Source: an uncultured Actinomycetota bacterium (GTDB taxonomy: Bacteria; Actinomycetota; Actinomycetes; CAVWCF01). From it: a stretch of DNA of 64,000 nt. The stretch spans positions 480,001 through 544,000 of the forward strand of contig CAVWCF010000001.1 in the NCBI GenBank assembly GCA_963753435.1, read 5' to 3'. Made by a program: the position numbers and the translations under genes. Shown here in pieces: positions 1 through 10,293 of this stretch. The notes below the pieces were generated by a model. That model did not search any database. It was given only the letters and a program-made list of their open reading frames with translations, and had not been told where the DNA came from. The first letter of the stretch is position 1; each line of letters starts with the position of its first letter.

Positions 1-1175
1 CCGCGGCCGGCCTGGTTGCCCGCATCCCGCTATCGATGATTTCGATTGCTTTCGTGCTGTTGGTGGAGGACGCCCGCGACTCCTACACCCTCGCCGGGAT
101 CGTGTCGGCCACCGCCGCGGTCGCGGAGGGCCTGGCCCAGCCGGTCTTCGGGAGGTTGGTCGATCGTTTCGGCCAGTCCCGGGTGATCGGCCCGGAGGTG
201 TTGGCGCACACAGGGTTTCTGATCACGTTCGTGTGGGCGGTCAACTCCGACGCTTCGGTCTTGGTGTTGATCCTGCTCGCAGTTCTGTCCGGAGCCACGT
301 TCCCGCCGATCAGCACCCTGGTCCGCGCGCGCTGGAACGCGCTGCTGGAAGGCCAATCCCTGCGCACGGCGTACTCGTGGGAATCGGTGCTCGATGAGTT
401 GGTTTTCGTGGTGGGCCCGCCACTGGCCACCATCGTGGCCGTTCAGGTCAGTCCCACTGCGGCTGCCCTCGCGATGCTGCTGTTCCTGGTACCGGGAACG
501 ATCGCGCTACTGGCCCAGCGCCGCACGGAACCGGCAGTGCACGCCGAAGCCGGTCGCGGACCGGGGGCCATCAGGGCCCGGGGCGTGCCGGTCGTGTTCG
601 CGGTCATGCTGCTGCTGGGAGCGATGTTCGGCGCCGTGGAGGTGGCCACCATCGGCCTAGCCGACGAAGCTGGCACCCCAGGTACGGCCGGGGTCGTGCT
701 GGCCGTTTACGCCGCCGGGTCACTGCTCGGCGGCCTCGTGTTCGGGCAGTTGCAGTTGCCCTCCAGCACCCGCAGGCAATTGCTCGTCAGTCTCGCCGTA
801 TTGGCCGGGACCGCCGCGCTGGTGCCGCCGGCGGCCGGCCTGGGTCTGGCCTGGCTGGCTCTTGCGCTGCTGCTGGCGGGCGCGGCGGTGTCGCCGAGTC
901 TCATCAGCGGCTTCGGGATGGTGACCGAGTTGGTACCGCGTTCGGCGGTGACCGAAGGGCTGACCTGGGCGGGCTCGGGTCTCGTTCTGGGTTTCGCCGT
1001 GGGCACCGCGTCCTCCGGCGCCGGCGTGGACGGAGTGGGCGCCGAGGCGACGTTCTGGATCGTCGCGGTGGCGGCCGCACTCGCGCTGGCGATCGCGTTC
1101 CTCGGCCGAGCCAAACTGCAATCCCCGCGAACTTCACTGGACGCAGTCCGCCCCGGCGAGCCGCCGGGTGCGTAG
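1..1175 (+). CDS. MFS transporter, 5'-truncated at window edge
   Basis: About 11 hydrophobic segments; MFS motif A-like GRLVDRFGQ; frame is open from the window start. Confidence 0.85.
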   Translation, partial: AAGLVARIPLSMISIAFVLLVEDARDSYTLAGIVSATAAVAEGLAQPVFGRLVDRFGQSRVIGPEVLAHTGFLITFVWAVNSDASVLVLILLAVLSGATFPPISTLVRARWNALLEGQSLRTAYSWESVLDELVFVVGPPLATIVAVQVSPTAAALAMLLFLVPGTIALLAQRRTEPAVHAEAGRGPGAIRARGVPVVFAVMLLLGAMFGAVEVATIGLADEAGTPGTAGVVLAVYAAGSLLGGLVFGQLQLPSSTRRQLLVSLAVLAGTAALVPPAAGLGLAWLALALLLAGAAVSPSLISGFGMVTELVPRSAVTEGLTWAGSGLVLGFAVGTASSGAGVDGVGAEATFWIVAVAAALALAIAFLGRAKLQSPRTSLDAVRPGEPPGA

Positions 1176-1199
1176 GGTGACCGCTTAACGGGAGGACAG

Positions 1200-1943
1200 A
1201 TGCCGCAAGCGGGTCGGCACTGGCAGTTGGAGATCGCCATGGACGCGGAGTTATCGCCTCGGGACATCCAGTCCCGAGTTCGGCGCGGGGAAGATCCGCT
1301 GGACATCGCCGCGGCAGCGGGCGTCCCCGCCGAACGCGTCGAGCGCTACGCCCGGCCAATTCTGGGCGAGCGGGCGCACATCGTCGCCCTGGCGCGCGGC
1401 AGCGCCCTGGACCCCGGATCCCTGGACGGTGGCACGACCCTGGCGCACCGCGCCGACGAAGCGTTGGAGACCCTCGGTGCCGAGGACGTGGACTGGGACT
1501 CCCACCGAGACGACGACGGGCGCTGGAATGTGCACGTCACGTTCACCCGTGACGGCGCCGAGCGGGTAGCGAGTTGGTGGTTCGACCCGGCTACTCGGTC
1601 CCTAAGCGCCGCCGACGCCGAAGCCGTGGCCATCGAGGAACCCGGGGGCGACGTCCTGCCGCTGACGCGCAGGCGACCCGCGACCGCCAAGCCCAAGGCG
1701 GCGGAGGCGGAGGCCGCACCTGCGCCCATGCTGCCGGAACCAGAGGAACTACCCGAGCCGGACAAGGACGACGCCGCGGGCCAAGTTGGTGGAGTGGACG
1801 AATCCGCCGCCAGCGGGGATTCGGACGCTGACGCACCGGCTGAGGACTCCCCCGCTGCGGAATCGGGCCGCCGGGGTCGACGCAAGCGGGCCAGCGTCCC
1901 CAGCTGGGACGACATCGTCTTCGGCGCCCGTAAGGACGACTGA
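1200..1943 (+). CDS. sepH: Septation protein SepH (DUF3071)
   Basis: LSPRDIQSRVRRG HTH, VERYARPILGER, acidic low-complexity linker, conserved C-terminal RASVPSWDDIVFG; GGGAGG upstream. Confidence 0.85.
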   Translation: MPQAGRHWQLEIAMDAELSPRDIQSRVRRGEDPLDIAAAAGVPAERVERYARPILGERAHIVALARGSALDPGSLDGGTTLAHRADEALETLGAEDVDWDSHRDDDGRWNVHVTFTRDGAERVASWWFDPATRSLSAADAEAVAIEEPGGDVLPLTRRRPATAKPKAAEAEAAPAPMLPEPEELPEPDKDDAAGQVGGVDESAASGDSDADAPAEDSPAAESGRRGRRKRASVPSWDDIVFGARKDD

Positions 1944-1951
1944 CTCCCGGC

Positions 1952-2620
1952 GTGGCCGAACTCGTCTTCTACTCCGGGACGATGGATTCCGGAAAGTCCA
2001 CGCTGGCGCTGCAGACCAACCACAACCACGCCAGCCGCGGGCGTCGCGGCCTGCTTCTCACCAGTCGCGACCGGGCGGGTTCGGGGATCCTGTCGAGCCG
2101 GTTGGGTCTGTCCGTACCCGCGATCGAGGTTTCCACCGAAACCGACCTATGGGCGCTCGTGGCGGACGCGCTTCAAGCCGGCAGCCCTGTCGACTACTTG
2201 ATCTGTGATGAAGCCCAGTTCCTGGCAACGGCTCAGGTCGAACAACTGGCCCGGGTCGCGGACGACCTGCACATCGACGTCTTCGCCTTTGGCATCCTGA
2301 CCGACTTCCGGACCAGCCTGTTCCCCGGCGCCGCCCGCCTGATCGAGTTGGCTGACCGCGTCATCCCGCTCCAGGTCGAGGCCTTGTGCTGGTGCGGTTC
2401 CCGCGCGACGCACAACGCCCGCACCCTGGGCGGCTTGATGGTTACGGAAGGAGAACAGGTAATGGTCGGCGACGTCGATCAGACCGACGAGGTCGGCTAC
2501 GAGGTCCTTTGCCGCCGCCACCATCGGCTGAAGATGACGGCCAAGTCATCCGGCGCCGGCTCGATCTCCTCCGACCCACTGCCCTTCGCATTCGATCAGA
2601 GATCCCCTGATCCCAACTAG
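1952..2620 (+). CDS. tdk: Thymidine kinase
   Basis: GTMDSGKS P-loop, DEAQF, TDFR, CWCG..THNAR, YEVLCRRHH zinc lasso. Confidence 0.93.
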   Translation: MAELVFYSGTMDSGKSTLALQTNHNHASRGRRGLLLTSRDRAGSGILSSRLGLSVPAIEVSTETDLWALVADALQAGSPVDYLICDEAQFLATAQVEQLARVADDLHIDVFAFGILTDFRTSLFPGAARLIELADRVIPLQVEALCWCGSRATHNARTLGGLMVTEGEQVMVGDVDQTDEVGYEVLCRRHHRLKMTAKSSGAGSISSDPLPFAFDQRSPDPN

Positions 2621-2654
2621 TTGGAATCTGGACGCACAGTTGGCCCGCATTGGG

Positions 2655-3758
2655 CTAGGCGGACAGCAGGGGGACTTGCTGTTCGGCTGTCGTCAGCGAT
2701 CCATGCATCCCGGCCAGATTGGTCTCGTTCGGTTCGGCTCGCGGCAAGCACAGCGCGTAGTTGCCCCGCGCGGCGGCCACAACATCCCCGATCCGCTCCG
2801 CTGCATCGTGGGTCACGTCAGCGCCGAACCAACCGGCCGAAATCGCCTCGGCCTTGGTCCGCACCCAGGCCCGACTACCCAGGACCTCGGCCCACACGTC
2901 GGCCACTGCCGGGGCGCGCTCGTCAGCGCAGTAGATGTGACGCGCGCGGGGTTCGCCGCCGATCAGTACAACGTCTTGGCCCAGTTGCGGCACGGCTTCC
3001 AGATCGACGCGGTCGCGCTCGCGGACATTGACCATGCCGTGATCACCAGTGACCAGGAGCACCGCACCGCGGGGCAGTCGCCTGGCCAACTCGGTTACCT
3101 CCGCCGCAACGTCGGCCAACGCCGAGCGCCAAGCCGGCGATCCGGGCCCGAACCCGTGACCGGCGTAGTCCAAGTCGCTGATGTAGTCGTACACAAGAGC
3201 GGGCCGACGGCCCAGGGCGGTGAGGGTCGCGGCAATCCGTTCAGCCGGCCGATCCGCACCCCGGAACACGCCGCCGCGCAACGCCGCCCGCGTCAGCCCG
3301 GACCCGGCGAATTGCGACTTGCTCACTGTCGTGACCGCCACCCCCGCAGCAACCGCACGCTCAAAGACCGTGGGGACGGGCTGCCAGGACTCCGGGTCGA
3401 CCGGTTGCGACCACCGCAGATGCTGATGGAGTCCGGACCGGTCCGGCAACGCCACCGTGTACCCGACGATCCCGTGCGCACCCGGGGGTGACCCGGTGCC
3501 AAGCGTGGCCAAGCTGACGGCGGTGGTGGCGGGGAACCCGGCGTCGATGCTTTCCCGCACCGGCGCCAGCGCCAGCAGCGGAGCGGCCTCCGGCTCGTTA
3601 AGCGCGTCCAGCCCCAAGCCATCGACTAAGAGCACGCAAACGGTTTCGGCCGGAGGTAGGCCGAGTGAGTTGTGGCCACCCGTGACCGCGGCCAGCGCGG
3701 CCGGCAACACCTGCGCCAGCGATGCGTCCTCGTACCGCGGCGGGGACGGTTCGTTCAC
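2655..3758 (-). CDS. Alkaline phosphatase superfamily nucleotide pyrophosphatase/phosphodiesterase
   Basis: LLVDGLG, FPATT, DYAGHGFG, TGDHGM, GMHGSLT; GTG start at 3758 overlaps the upstream stop (GTGA). Confidence 0.88.
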   Translation of the reverse strand: MNEPSPPRYEDASLAQVLPAALAAVTGGHNSLGLPPAETVCVLLVDGLGLDALNEPEAAPLLALAPVRESIDAGFPATTAVSLATLGTGSPPGAHGIVGYTVALPDRSGLHQHLRWSQPVDPESWQPVPTVFERAVAAGVAVTTVSKSQFAGSGLTRAALRGGVFRGADRPAERIAATLTALGRRPALVYDYISDLDYAGHGFGPGSPAWRSALADVAAEVTELARRLPRGAVLLVTGDHGMVNVRERDRVDLEAVPQLGQDVVLIGGEPRARHIYCADERAPAVADVWAEVLGSRAWVRTKAEAISAGWFGADVTHDAAERIGDVVAAARGNYALCLPRAEPNETNLAGMHGSLTTAEQQVPLLSA

Positions 3759-4324
3759 CGACTGGTGGCCGCCGACAGCGCCTGGGCGAACCCCAAGGCG
3801 TGATCGACGGTTTGCGGGCCGTCGGCCGCAGCACTGATACGAAGCGAGAAGTCGTCGTGGCCGAGACTGCCGGTGTACCCATGGTCGGCATCGCACTCGG
3901 GGTTGTCGCACGTGGCCGGGATCAGGTCCAGCCGAGCCACCGCGCCCCATCCGATCGTCAGGACGACCTCTTCGGGCCGGGCGCCGGGCAGGTGCGCGGC
4001 CGGGTCGGCCACGGTGCGAGTAATCACGACCGTGCGCACCTCGCGTAGCGGGATGGCCTCGGTGGAGGCAGTAGCAAGCGCGGGCACCCCGGACTCGGCG
4101 GGGTGTTCGTCAACGTGGCCGACAAGCAGCCGCGAGGGAGTCAGCACGAGAGTGGAGATGTGCCGCCGGACCTCCTCGGCGTCAAAGGTCGCCTCGTGGT
4201 GAACCAGGAACGAAAGCACCTGCTCATCGCCGAGCGCCGTAGCCATGGCGTCCGCCACCAGCGCCGGGTAGTAACCGGAACGCTCAATGGCGGCTTGCCA
4301 CTGGTTGGTGGCCGGGTCGGTCAT
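3755..4324 (-). CDS. DUF5998 family protein
   Basis: IERSGYYPALV, HHEATFD..EVRRH, CDNPECDADHGYTG; usual neighbour of the AP-family gene in actinobacteria. Confidence 0.85.
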   Translation of the reverse strand: MTDPATNQWQAAIERSGYYPALVADAMATALGDEQVLSFLVHHEATFDAEEVRRHISTLVLTPSRLLVGHVDEHPAESGVPALATASTEAIPLREVRTVVITRTVADPAAHLPGARPEEVVLTIGWGAVARLDLIPATCDNPECDADHGYTGSLGHDDFSLRISAAADGPQTVDHALGFAQALSAATSR

Positions 4325-4353
4325 GGCCTCATCCTGTCACTGCGACGAACCGG

Positions 4354-7014
4354 CTAGCCCTCCAGTCGGCGCACCTGCGGGTCGGTGCGGGCCTGCGCCG
4401 GCGCAACCCGCACCCGGGCCCCGAGCACGGCCAGGCCCCGTGGCGACACCACTACCGGGTCCAGCACCAACCGCGTCACTTCAGGCAGGTCGTCCTTGAG
4501 CGCCGATATCCGCAACACCAGGTCCTGAAGGGACGCAGCGTCAGTGGGTTCGGCGCCACCGTGGCCGAACAGCAACGGCGCTGCCTTGGGCGCACGAATC
4601 AGGTCGGCCGCGTCCAGGTCCGTCAACGGGGGGATCCGGTAGGCCCAGTCATCGGTCAGGTCGGCCGTTACCCCGCCGAGGGAGAATCCGACCACCGGCC
4701 CGAACAGCGGGTCCTCCACCGCGTGCAGCCGGCAGGCAACCCCCCGCCGGGCCATCCGCTGCACGACCAGGTTCTCGGTAACACCCGGACCCAGTTCGCG
4801 CACCATCTCCGCATACGCGAACCGAATCGCCGCCACGCTGGGTAGGTCCAGCCGTACCGCTCCCAGGTCGGTGCGGGCGCGCAGCGCCGGGGCCAGTGAC
4901 TTCAGCACCGCCGGCCACCCCAGTCGCTCAGCTGCCGAAATCGCCTCTGCCTCGGTGCGAACCGGGATGGTGGGCCAAACCTCCACGCCATAAGCCAAGA
5001 GCAACGAAGTCAGAGCGGGTCCATCCAGCAGGCCACCCTCGGGAGCGGCCGCCAACGCACCGGCGACTGCGCGCCGGCCCTGCCCGAGGTCGATGCCCGC
5101 AGGGCGCAGGTGGCGCCCGGGCGGCGTACGCCGCCAGCGCCCGTACCGCGTTGCGGCAGCCAATGCTCTGGCGGCTTCCTCCACAGACGGGTAGGTGGGC
5201 ACAGTCCCGAAACCAGGCCGCCCCGAGGAATTCCCCTGGCGCATCGCCTCCGCGGCTCCGGCAACCGCCAGGAACGTGGCCAGCACCGGCTTGGCGGCGC
5301 GGCTGGAGGCGTGCGCGAGGACTTCGGCGAACTCCAACCCCACCGACGTGACGGCCGGTACGTACACCGCCAACACCGCGTCCACCGCCGGATCGTCCAG
5401 GGCACCCGCTAGCGCCTGTTGGTAGTCGGCCGGGGTTGCGTGCGCCCCCAGGTTGACGGGTTCGGCTACCGGACGCAGACCATGAAAGGTCAACGCGTCT
5501 GACGCGAGTACGCCGAGCGCGTCGGAGTTGCCGATGACCGCCACCGAGTCCCCCTCGGGCAATGGCTGGAAACTCAGCAAGGCGGCAACGTCGAACATGT
5601 CCGGCAGCGAATCCACTTGGATCACGCCGGCCTGCTCGAACATCTCATCGACGGCCGCTGGCGGCAGTTCGCTGGATCGCACCGAGTACCCCAACGGGAT
5701 CCCTTGCGTGGACCTGCCAGTGCGGGTGGCAACGACCGGAGTGGTACGGGACAAGCGCCGGGCGATTCGGGTGAACTTCCGGGGGTTGCCAATCGACTCC
5801 AGGTAGAGCAGGACCAACTCCGTGGCAGTGTCTTCCTCCCAGTACTGCAACAGGTCATTGGCGGAAATGTCGGCCCGGTTCCCCGCCGAAACGAAGGTGG
5901 AGACCCCGAGCCCGCGGATGATCAGCGCCTCCAGCAGCGCTGCGCCCAGCGCACCGGACTGCGAGAAGAACCCGATTCGGCCGTGCCAGGGCATGACCGG
6001 CGAAAGCGAAGCGTTCAGTGACACCCCCGGGTCGGTATTGATGAGCCCCAGGCAGTTGGGGCCAAGCAGGCGCATACCCAAGGCGCGACTCAGGTGCACC
6101 AGGTCCCGTTGCCGCATCTGGCCGGTTGCACCCGCCTCCGCGAAACCCGCGGAGACAACCACCAGCCCGTGCACACCTTTGGCAGCGGCGGCGGTCACCA
6201 CGTCCGGGACGTCCGGCGCCGGCACGGCCACCAGAGCCAGGTCGAACTGCCCCGGCACCTCGTTCACCGATCGGTAGGTGGGGACACCGCAAACATCGTC
6301 GTCGCTGTGCCTGTTGATTGCGGCTACCCGGCCACCGAACCCGGAGTCCAACAGATTGCGCAGCAGCACCTGACCAACGGAGTCACTGCGACGGCTGGCT
6401 CCGACCACCAACACTGAGGACGGGGTCAGCAGCCGTTCGACCGATCTGGCCTCGGCCCGGTGCTCCCGCGACTCCATGACCACCTGGGCCGCCTCAGTCA
6501 CCCCCAGGTCCAGGGTGAGGTGGATGATGCCGTCCGAAACCGCCGTGCTCGGGACGTAACCGGCCTCTTCGAAGACCGACATCATGCGCGTGTTCTGCGG
6601 GAGCACGTCGGCGCGGAAGGTCCGGATGCCCCGCTCCCGTGCCGCCGCCATCAGGTGTTCCAGGAACACCGAACCGATCCCCCGGCTTTGGTGTGCATCG
6701 CTTACGACGAAGGCGATGTCCGCTTCATCCGGAGCGATCCGCTCGTAGCGGGCCACGCCAATGATCCGGCTGCCGACCAGGGCCAGCAGGGCGACGGAGT
6801 CGACGTGGTCGACGTTGGACATCCGATCGAAGTCCCGCTCCGACAGCGCCGGATTAGGGGAGAAGAACCGCAGGTAGACGGTCTCTTCGGACAACTCCGC
6901 AACGAATCGCCGCAGTTCCGCTGCATCGGTGGGCAGGATCGGGCGGATGTGACAGGTGGACCCGTCGCGCAGAACGACGTCGGCTTCCCAGTCGTGCGGA
7001 TAACCGTCGCTCAC
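4354..7014 (-). CDS. GNAT acetyltransferase fused to NDP-forming acyl-CoA synthetase-like domains (Pat-type protein lysine acetyltransferase)
   Basis: N-terminal YPHDWEADVVLRDG, YLRFF, QSRGIGS GNAT motif A; GASRR, GPNCLG, SQSGALG CoA-binding/ligase motifs; C-terminal ATP-grasp-like domain. Confidence 0.9.
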   Translation of the reverse strand: MSDGYPHDWEADVVLRDGSTCHIRPILPTDAAELRRFVAELSEETVYLRFFSPNPALSERDFDRMSNVDHVDSVALLALVGSRIIGVARYERIAPDEADIAFVVSDAHQSRGIGSVFLEHLMAAARERGIRTFRADVLPQNTRMMSVFEEAGYVPSTAVSDGIIHLTLDLGVTEAAQVVMESREHRAEARSVERLLTPSSVLVVGASRRSDSVGQVLLRNLLDSGFGGRVAAINRHSDDDVCGVPTYRSVNEVPGQFDLALVAVPAPDVPDVVTAAAAKGVHGLVVVSAGFAEAGATGQMRQRDLVHLSRALGMRLLGPNCLGLINTDPGVSLNASLSPVMPWHGRIGFFSQSGALGAALLEALIIRGLGVSTFVSAGNRADISANDLLQYWEEDTATELVLLYLESIGNPRKFTRIARRLSRTTPVVATRTGRSTQGIPLGYSVRSSELPPAAVDEMFEQAGVIQVDSLPDMFDVAALLSFQPLPEGDSVAVIGNSDALGVLASDALTFHGLRPVAEPVNLGAHATPADYQQALAGALDDPAVDAVLAVYVPAVTSVGLEFAEVLAHASSRAAKPVLATFLAVAGAAEAMRQGNSSGRPGFGTVPTYPSVEEAARALAAATRYGRWRRTPPGRHLRPAGIDLGQGRRAVAGALAAAPEGGLLDGPALTSLLLAYGVEVWPTIPVRTEAEAISAAERLGWPAVLKSLAPALRARTDLGAVRLDLPSVAAIRFAYAEMVRELGPGVTENLVVQRMARRGVACRLHAVEDPLFGPVVGFSLGGVTADLTDDWAYRIPPLTDLDAADLIRAPKAAPLLFGHGGAEPTDAASLQDLVLRISALKDDLPEVTRLVLDPVVVSPRGLAVLGARVRVAPAQARTDPQVRRLEG

Positions 7015-8402
7015 GCCCGAGAGCGTAGTGAGACGGCTGCCCGCGTGACTGCGGCGAGGGTGCGGTTCACGTCTTCATCGTCAGTGCGCCAGTTCGACAC
7101 CGAAGTCCGCATCACCACTCGGCCGTTCCAGACCGCTCGATTCACGACCGCCTCTCCGGACTCCACGACTGCGCGGACCACGGCTTCGGTCGTCTCATCG
7201 TCGGCGAAGGCGACGAGCACCTGGTTCAAAGCCACCTCGTTGACCACCTGCGCGCCAGGGACCTGGCGGTAGCGGTCGGCGAACGCCCGCGCGGCGGCAC
7301 AGGTTCGTTCCACCAGTTCCACCACACCGGCGCGACCCAACTCCGCGATCGCGGCCCAGACCGGCACCGCGCGAGCCCGCTGGGAGAACTCCGGCACGAG
7401 CTCCAACGGGTCCGGGTAGCCAGCGGAATGGATCAGGTAACTGCTCGGCGTACTGAAGGAGGACCGATGCGCCTCGGGGTCGGCGACCATCACGATTCCG
7501 CAGTCGTAAGGGACGTTGAGCCACTTGTGCGCGTCAGTCGCCCAAGAATCGGCGCCCTCCACCCCGGCCAACTGCGCCGACACGGTTGGAGCTACCCGAC
7601 CCCACAGGCCGAACGCGCCGTCAACGTGGACCCAGGCGCGGTGGCGGTGCGCCAGCGGAATCGCGCGCGCGAAGTCGTCGCAGGATCCGCTGTTGACATT
7701 GCCGGCCGCCAAAGCGACCAGAGTGGGGCCATCACCTGCGGCCAACGCGCCACCAAGGGCATCGACGTCGATACGGCCCTGCGCGTCCGTGGCCACCTCG
7801 AGAATCGAGTCAGTGCCCAGCCCCAGGTACCGCAGCGCCAGGTTGATCGTTTCGTGTCGCTGTGCGGAAGCGATCACGCGCACCGTCGGTGCGCCCTGCA
7901 AGCCGCGTTTCTCGACGTCCCAACCATGCTCAGCCAGTACCCGATGCCGCCCGGCAGCCAGCCCCGTGAAGTTGGCCATGCACCCACCGGTGACGAACCC
8001 GACGGTGCACTTGTCCGGCAGCCCCAGAAGGTCCAGAACCCATTCCCCCGCCTGCCTGCTGATCGCGGCGGTCGCAGGTGTCACGGCATTCATGCCGTTG
8101 TTCTGGTCCCAGGCGGTGACCAGCCAGTCCGCAGCGCGAGCCGCTGCCACCGAACCACCAATGACCCAGCCGAAGAAACGGCCGGAGTCCATGACGCTGA
8201 GCCCCGGCGCCGCCCGCCGGGCCAGGTCGTCGATCACCGTTGCCGCGGGGGTGGGCCCCTCCGGCGGGGGCCCGGCGAAATCTGCGCGCATTTGGTCGTA
8301 CCCGGCCGGCGCGAACAAGCCACGCCGCTCCCCTTCGGCCAGCCAGGCTTCGGCGTGGACCGCGGCGCGGCGTAGCGCGTTGATCTCATCAAGTGTGGCC
8401 AC
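7011..8402 (-). CDS. PLP-dependent decarboxylase (group II)
   Basis: RFFGWVIGG, WDQN, HVDGAFG, DAHKWLNVPYDCG (PLP lysine); start taken at GTG 8402. Confidence 0.9.
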   Translation of the reverse strand: MATLDEINALRRAAVHAEAWLAEGERRGLFAPAGYDQMRADFAGPPPEGPTPAATVIDDLARRAAPGLSVMDSGRFFGWVIGGSVAAARAADWLVTAWDQNNGMNAVTPATAAISRQAGEWVLDLLGLPDKCTVGFVTGGCMANFTGLAAGRHRVLAEHGWDVEKRGLQGAPTVRVIASAQRHETINLALRYLGLGTDSILEVATDAQGRIDVDALGGALAAGDGPTLVALAAGNVNSGSCDDFARAIPLAHRHRAWVHVDGAFGLWGRVAPTVSAQLAGVEGADSWATDAHKWLNVPYDCGIVMVADPEAHRSSFSTPSSYLIHSAGYPDPLELVPEFSQRARAVPVWAAIAELGRAGVVELVERTCAAARAFADRYRQVPGAQVVNEVALNQVLVAFADDETTEAVVRAVVESGEAVVNRAVWNGRVVMRTSVSNWRTDDEDVNRTLAAVTRAAVSLRSRA

Positions 8403-8448
8403 TGGCCCAGCGTGGCATCGCCGCGGACGCGACGGGGATACTCCGGAC

Positions 8449-9375
8449 ATGTCTTCGCGAGGATCTGGGGTGCGACTCGGCGCGGAAGTGGCCGACGCAC
8501 TGGCGGCCGGCCGCGGGGTCGTGGCCCTGGAATCCACAGTCATCGCACACGGTTTGCCGCGCCCGGACAACCTCGCCCTGGCTCGCGACCTGGAGCAGCA
8601 GGTCCGCACCGCCGGGGCGGTGCCGGCGACGGTCGCGGTGGTGGCCGGCCGGGTCACGGTCGGGCTGACCGACGCCGAGATCGTGGCCATCGCCGAGCGT
8701 GACGACGTCACGAAGGCATCGGTTCGGGACCTGGGCCCGGTGGTGGTGCGCGGCGGGTGGGGCGCAACGACGGTCGCGTCCACCGCCCACGTAGCCGCGC
8801 TCGTGGGCATCCAGGTATTCGCCACCGGCGGCCTCGGCGGGGTGCACCGGGGGGCGCAGGACTCCTACGACGAGTCGGCGGACCTGACCACGCTGGGACG
8901 AGTTCCGCTGGCCGTCGTCTGCTCGGGCGTGAAGTCGATCCTCGACATCCCAGCCACGCTTGAGCGGCTGGAGACACTCAACGTGCCGGTCGTCGGCTAC
9001 GGCAGCGACACCTTCCCCGGCTTCTACCTGACCGACTCCGGCCAACCGGTCCCGCATCGCGTCGACACCCCTGGCGAGGTTGCGGCGATGCTGTCGGCGC
9101 GCAGCCAACTCGACTTGCGCGAGGCCGTGGTGGTCGCGCAGCCGGTCCCTGCGGACGAAGCCATGGACCCAGGCCAGCACCAGGAAGTCCTGGCCGAGGG
9201 GCTGCGACTGGCGGCGGAGTCGAACATCAGCGGCAAAGCGGTAACGCCGTTCCTGCTTTCGCACTTCCACGAAGCCACCGGCGGGGAATCGCTGCGCATC
9301 AACACCCGTCTACTGCGCCACAACGCGCACCTGGCCGGGCAGATCGCCGTGGCCGTGACCGAAGGCGAGCAGTGA
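8449..9375 (+). CDS. psuG: Pseudouridine-5'-phosphate glycosidase
   Basis: VALESTVIAHGLP, GATTVAST, FATGGLGGVHRG, DESADL, KSILDI, GKAVTPFLL. Confidence 0.93.
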   Translation: MSSRGSGVRLGAEVADALAAGRGVVALESTVIAHGLPRPDNLALARDLEQQVRTAGAVPATVAVVAGRVTVGLTDAEIVAIAERDDVTKASVRDLGPVVVRGGWGATTVASTAHVAALVGIQVFATGGLGGVHRGAQDSYDESADLTTLGRVPLAVVCSGVKSILDIPATLERLETLNVPVVGYGSDTFPGFYLTDSGQPVPHRVDTPGEVAAMLSARSQLDLREAVVVAQPVPADEAMDPGQHQEVLAEGLRLAAESNISGKAVTPFLLSHFHEATGGESLRINTRLLRHNAHLAGQIAVAVTEGEQ

Positions 9376-10280
9376 GTAATCCTCCGGGGCAAGCGGCTGC
9401 CTGGGTCTTCGGTGATCTGATGACCGACGTAGTGGCCAGCATCCATTCGCCCGTGGCCTGGGACAGCGACACCCCGGCCCGGATTCAGACATTCGGAGGG
9501 GGCTCGGCGGCCAATGTGGCGGCGTGGCTGGCCGCCACCGGCGCACATGTGGTCTTTGTGGCCCGCCGCGGCGATGACCCCCTTGGCCGGACGGCCGAGG
9601 CGGACTTGAGCGATGCCGGGGTGCGCTGTCGCTTCGTCGTCGATCCCGACCGACCTACCGGCACCTGCGTGGTGGTGTCCGACGGTTCGGCGCGCAGCAT
9701 GTTCCCTGACCGCGGCGCGAATGCCGGCTGGCGAACAACCGACATCCCCGCCGACATCGACGCGACCATCACGCACGTCAGCGGCTACCCGCTGTTGTCC
9801 GACGAGTGGCGTCCGCTGGCGGCGGCCTTAGGTGCGGCCCGGGCAAAGGGCAGCGCGGTATCGGTGGACCCATCGTCGGCGGCCTTGATCGACCAGATCG
9901 GTCCCGCGGAGTTCTTCCGCCGTACTGGTCAACTCGACCTGCTCAAGCCCAACCGCGACGAGGCGCGGGCGCTTACCGGCCTGGACGACCCCGAGGCGGC
10001 CGGAAAGCAGCTGCTGGGCGTCGCGAGCAAGGTGGTGGTGACGCTGGATCGCGACGGCGCCCTGTTGCTGGACCGATCCGGAACCCGAATGCACGCCCCC
10101 GCCCCGCAGGTGGATGTGGTGGACACGACTGGCGCCGGGGACGCGTTCACCGCCGGGTTGCTCAGCGCCTGGCTGCACGGCGACGGGCCCGAACGGCTGC
10201 TGGACGAGGCCACTCGCACCGCCGCGGCGTGCCTGGGCGTGGTCGGAGCCCGACCGTCGGTGAGAATCGGTACCGACTGA
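9372..10280 (+). CDS. PfkB family carbohydrate kinase, probable pseudouridine kinase
   Basis: GGSAANVA, DTTGAGDAF, NRDEA; 4-bp overlap with psuG; substrate inferred from context. Confidence 0.85.
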   Translation: MSNPPGQAAAWVFGDLMTDVVASIHSPVAWDSDTPARIQTFGGGSAANVAAWLAATGAHVVFVARRGDDPLGRTAEADLSDAGVRCRFVVDPDRPTGTCVVVSDGSARSMFPDRGANAGWRTTDIPADIDATITHVSGYPLLSDEWRPLAAALGAARAKGSAVSVDPSSAALIDQIGPAEFFRRTGQLDLLKPNRDEARALTGLDDPEAAGKQLLGVASKVVVTLDRDGALLLDRSGTRMHAPAPQVDVVDTTGAGDAFTAGLLSAWLHGDGPERLLDEATRTAAACLGVVGARPSVRIGTD

Positions 10281-10293
10281 ACGAGAGGGACCC

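Noticed and set aside
7516-8448. Apparent 311-aa N-terminal extension on psuG, and a 141-aa one on the decarboxylase
   Set aside because: Each is the antisense of the divergent neighbour; family similarity starts at 8449 and 8402 respectively
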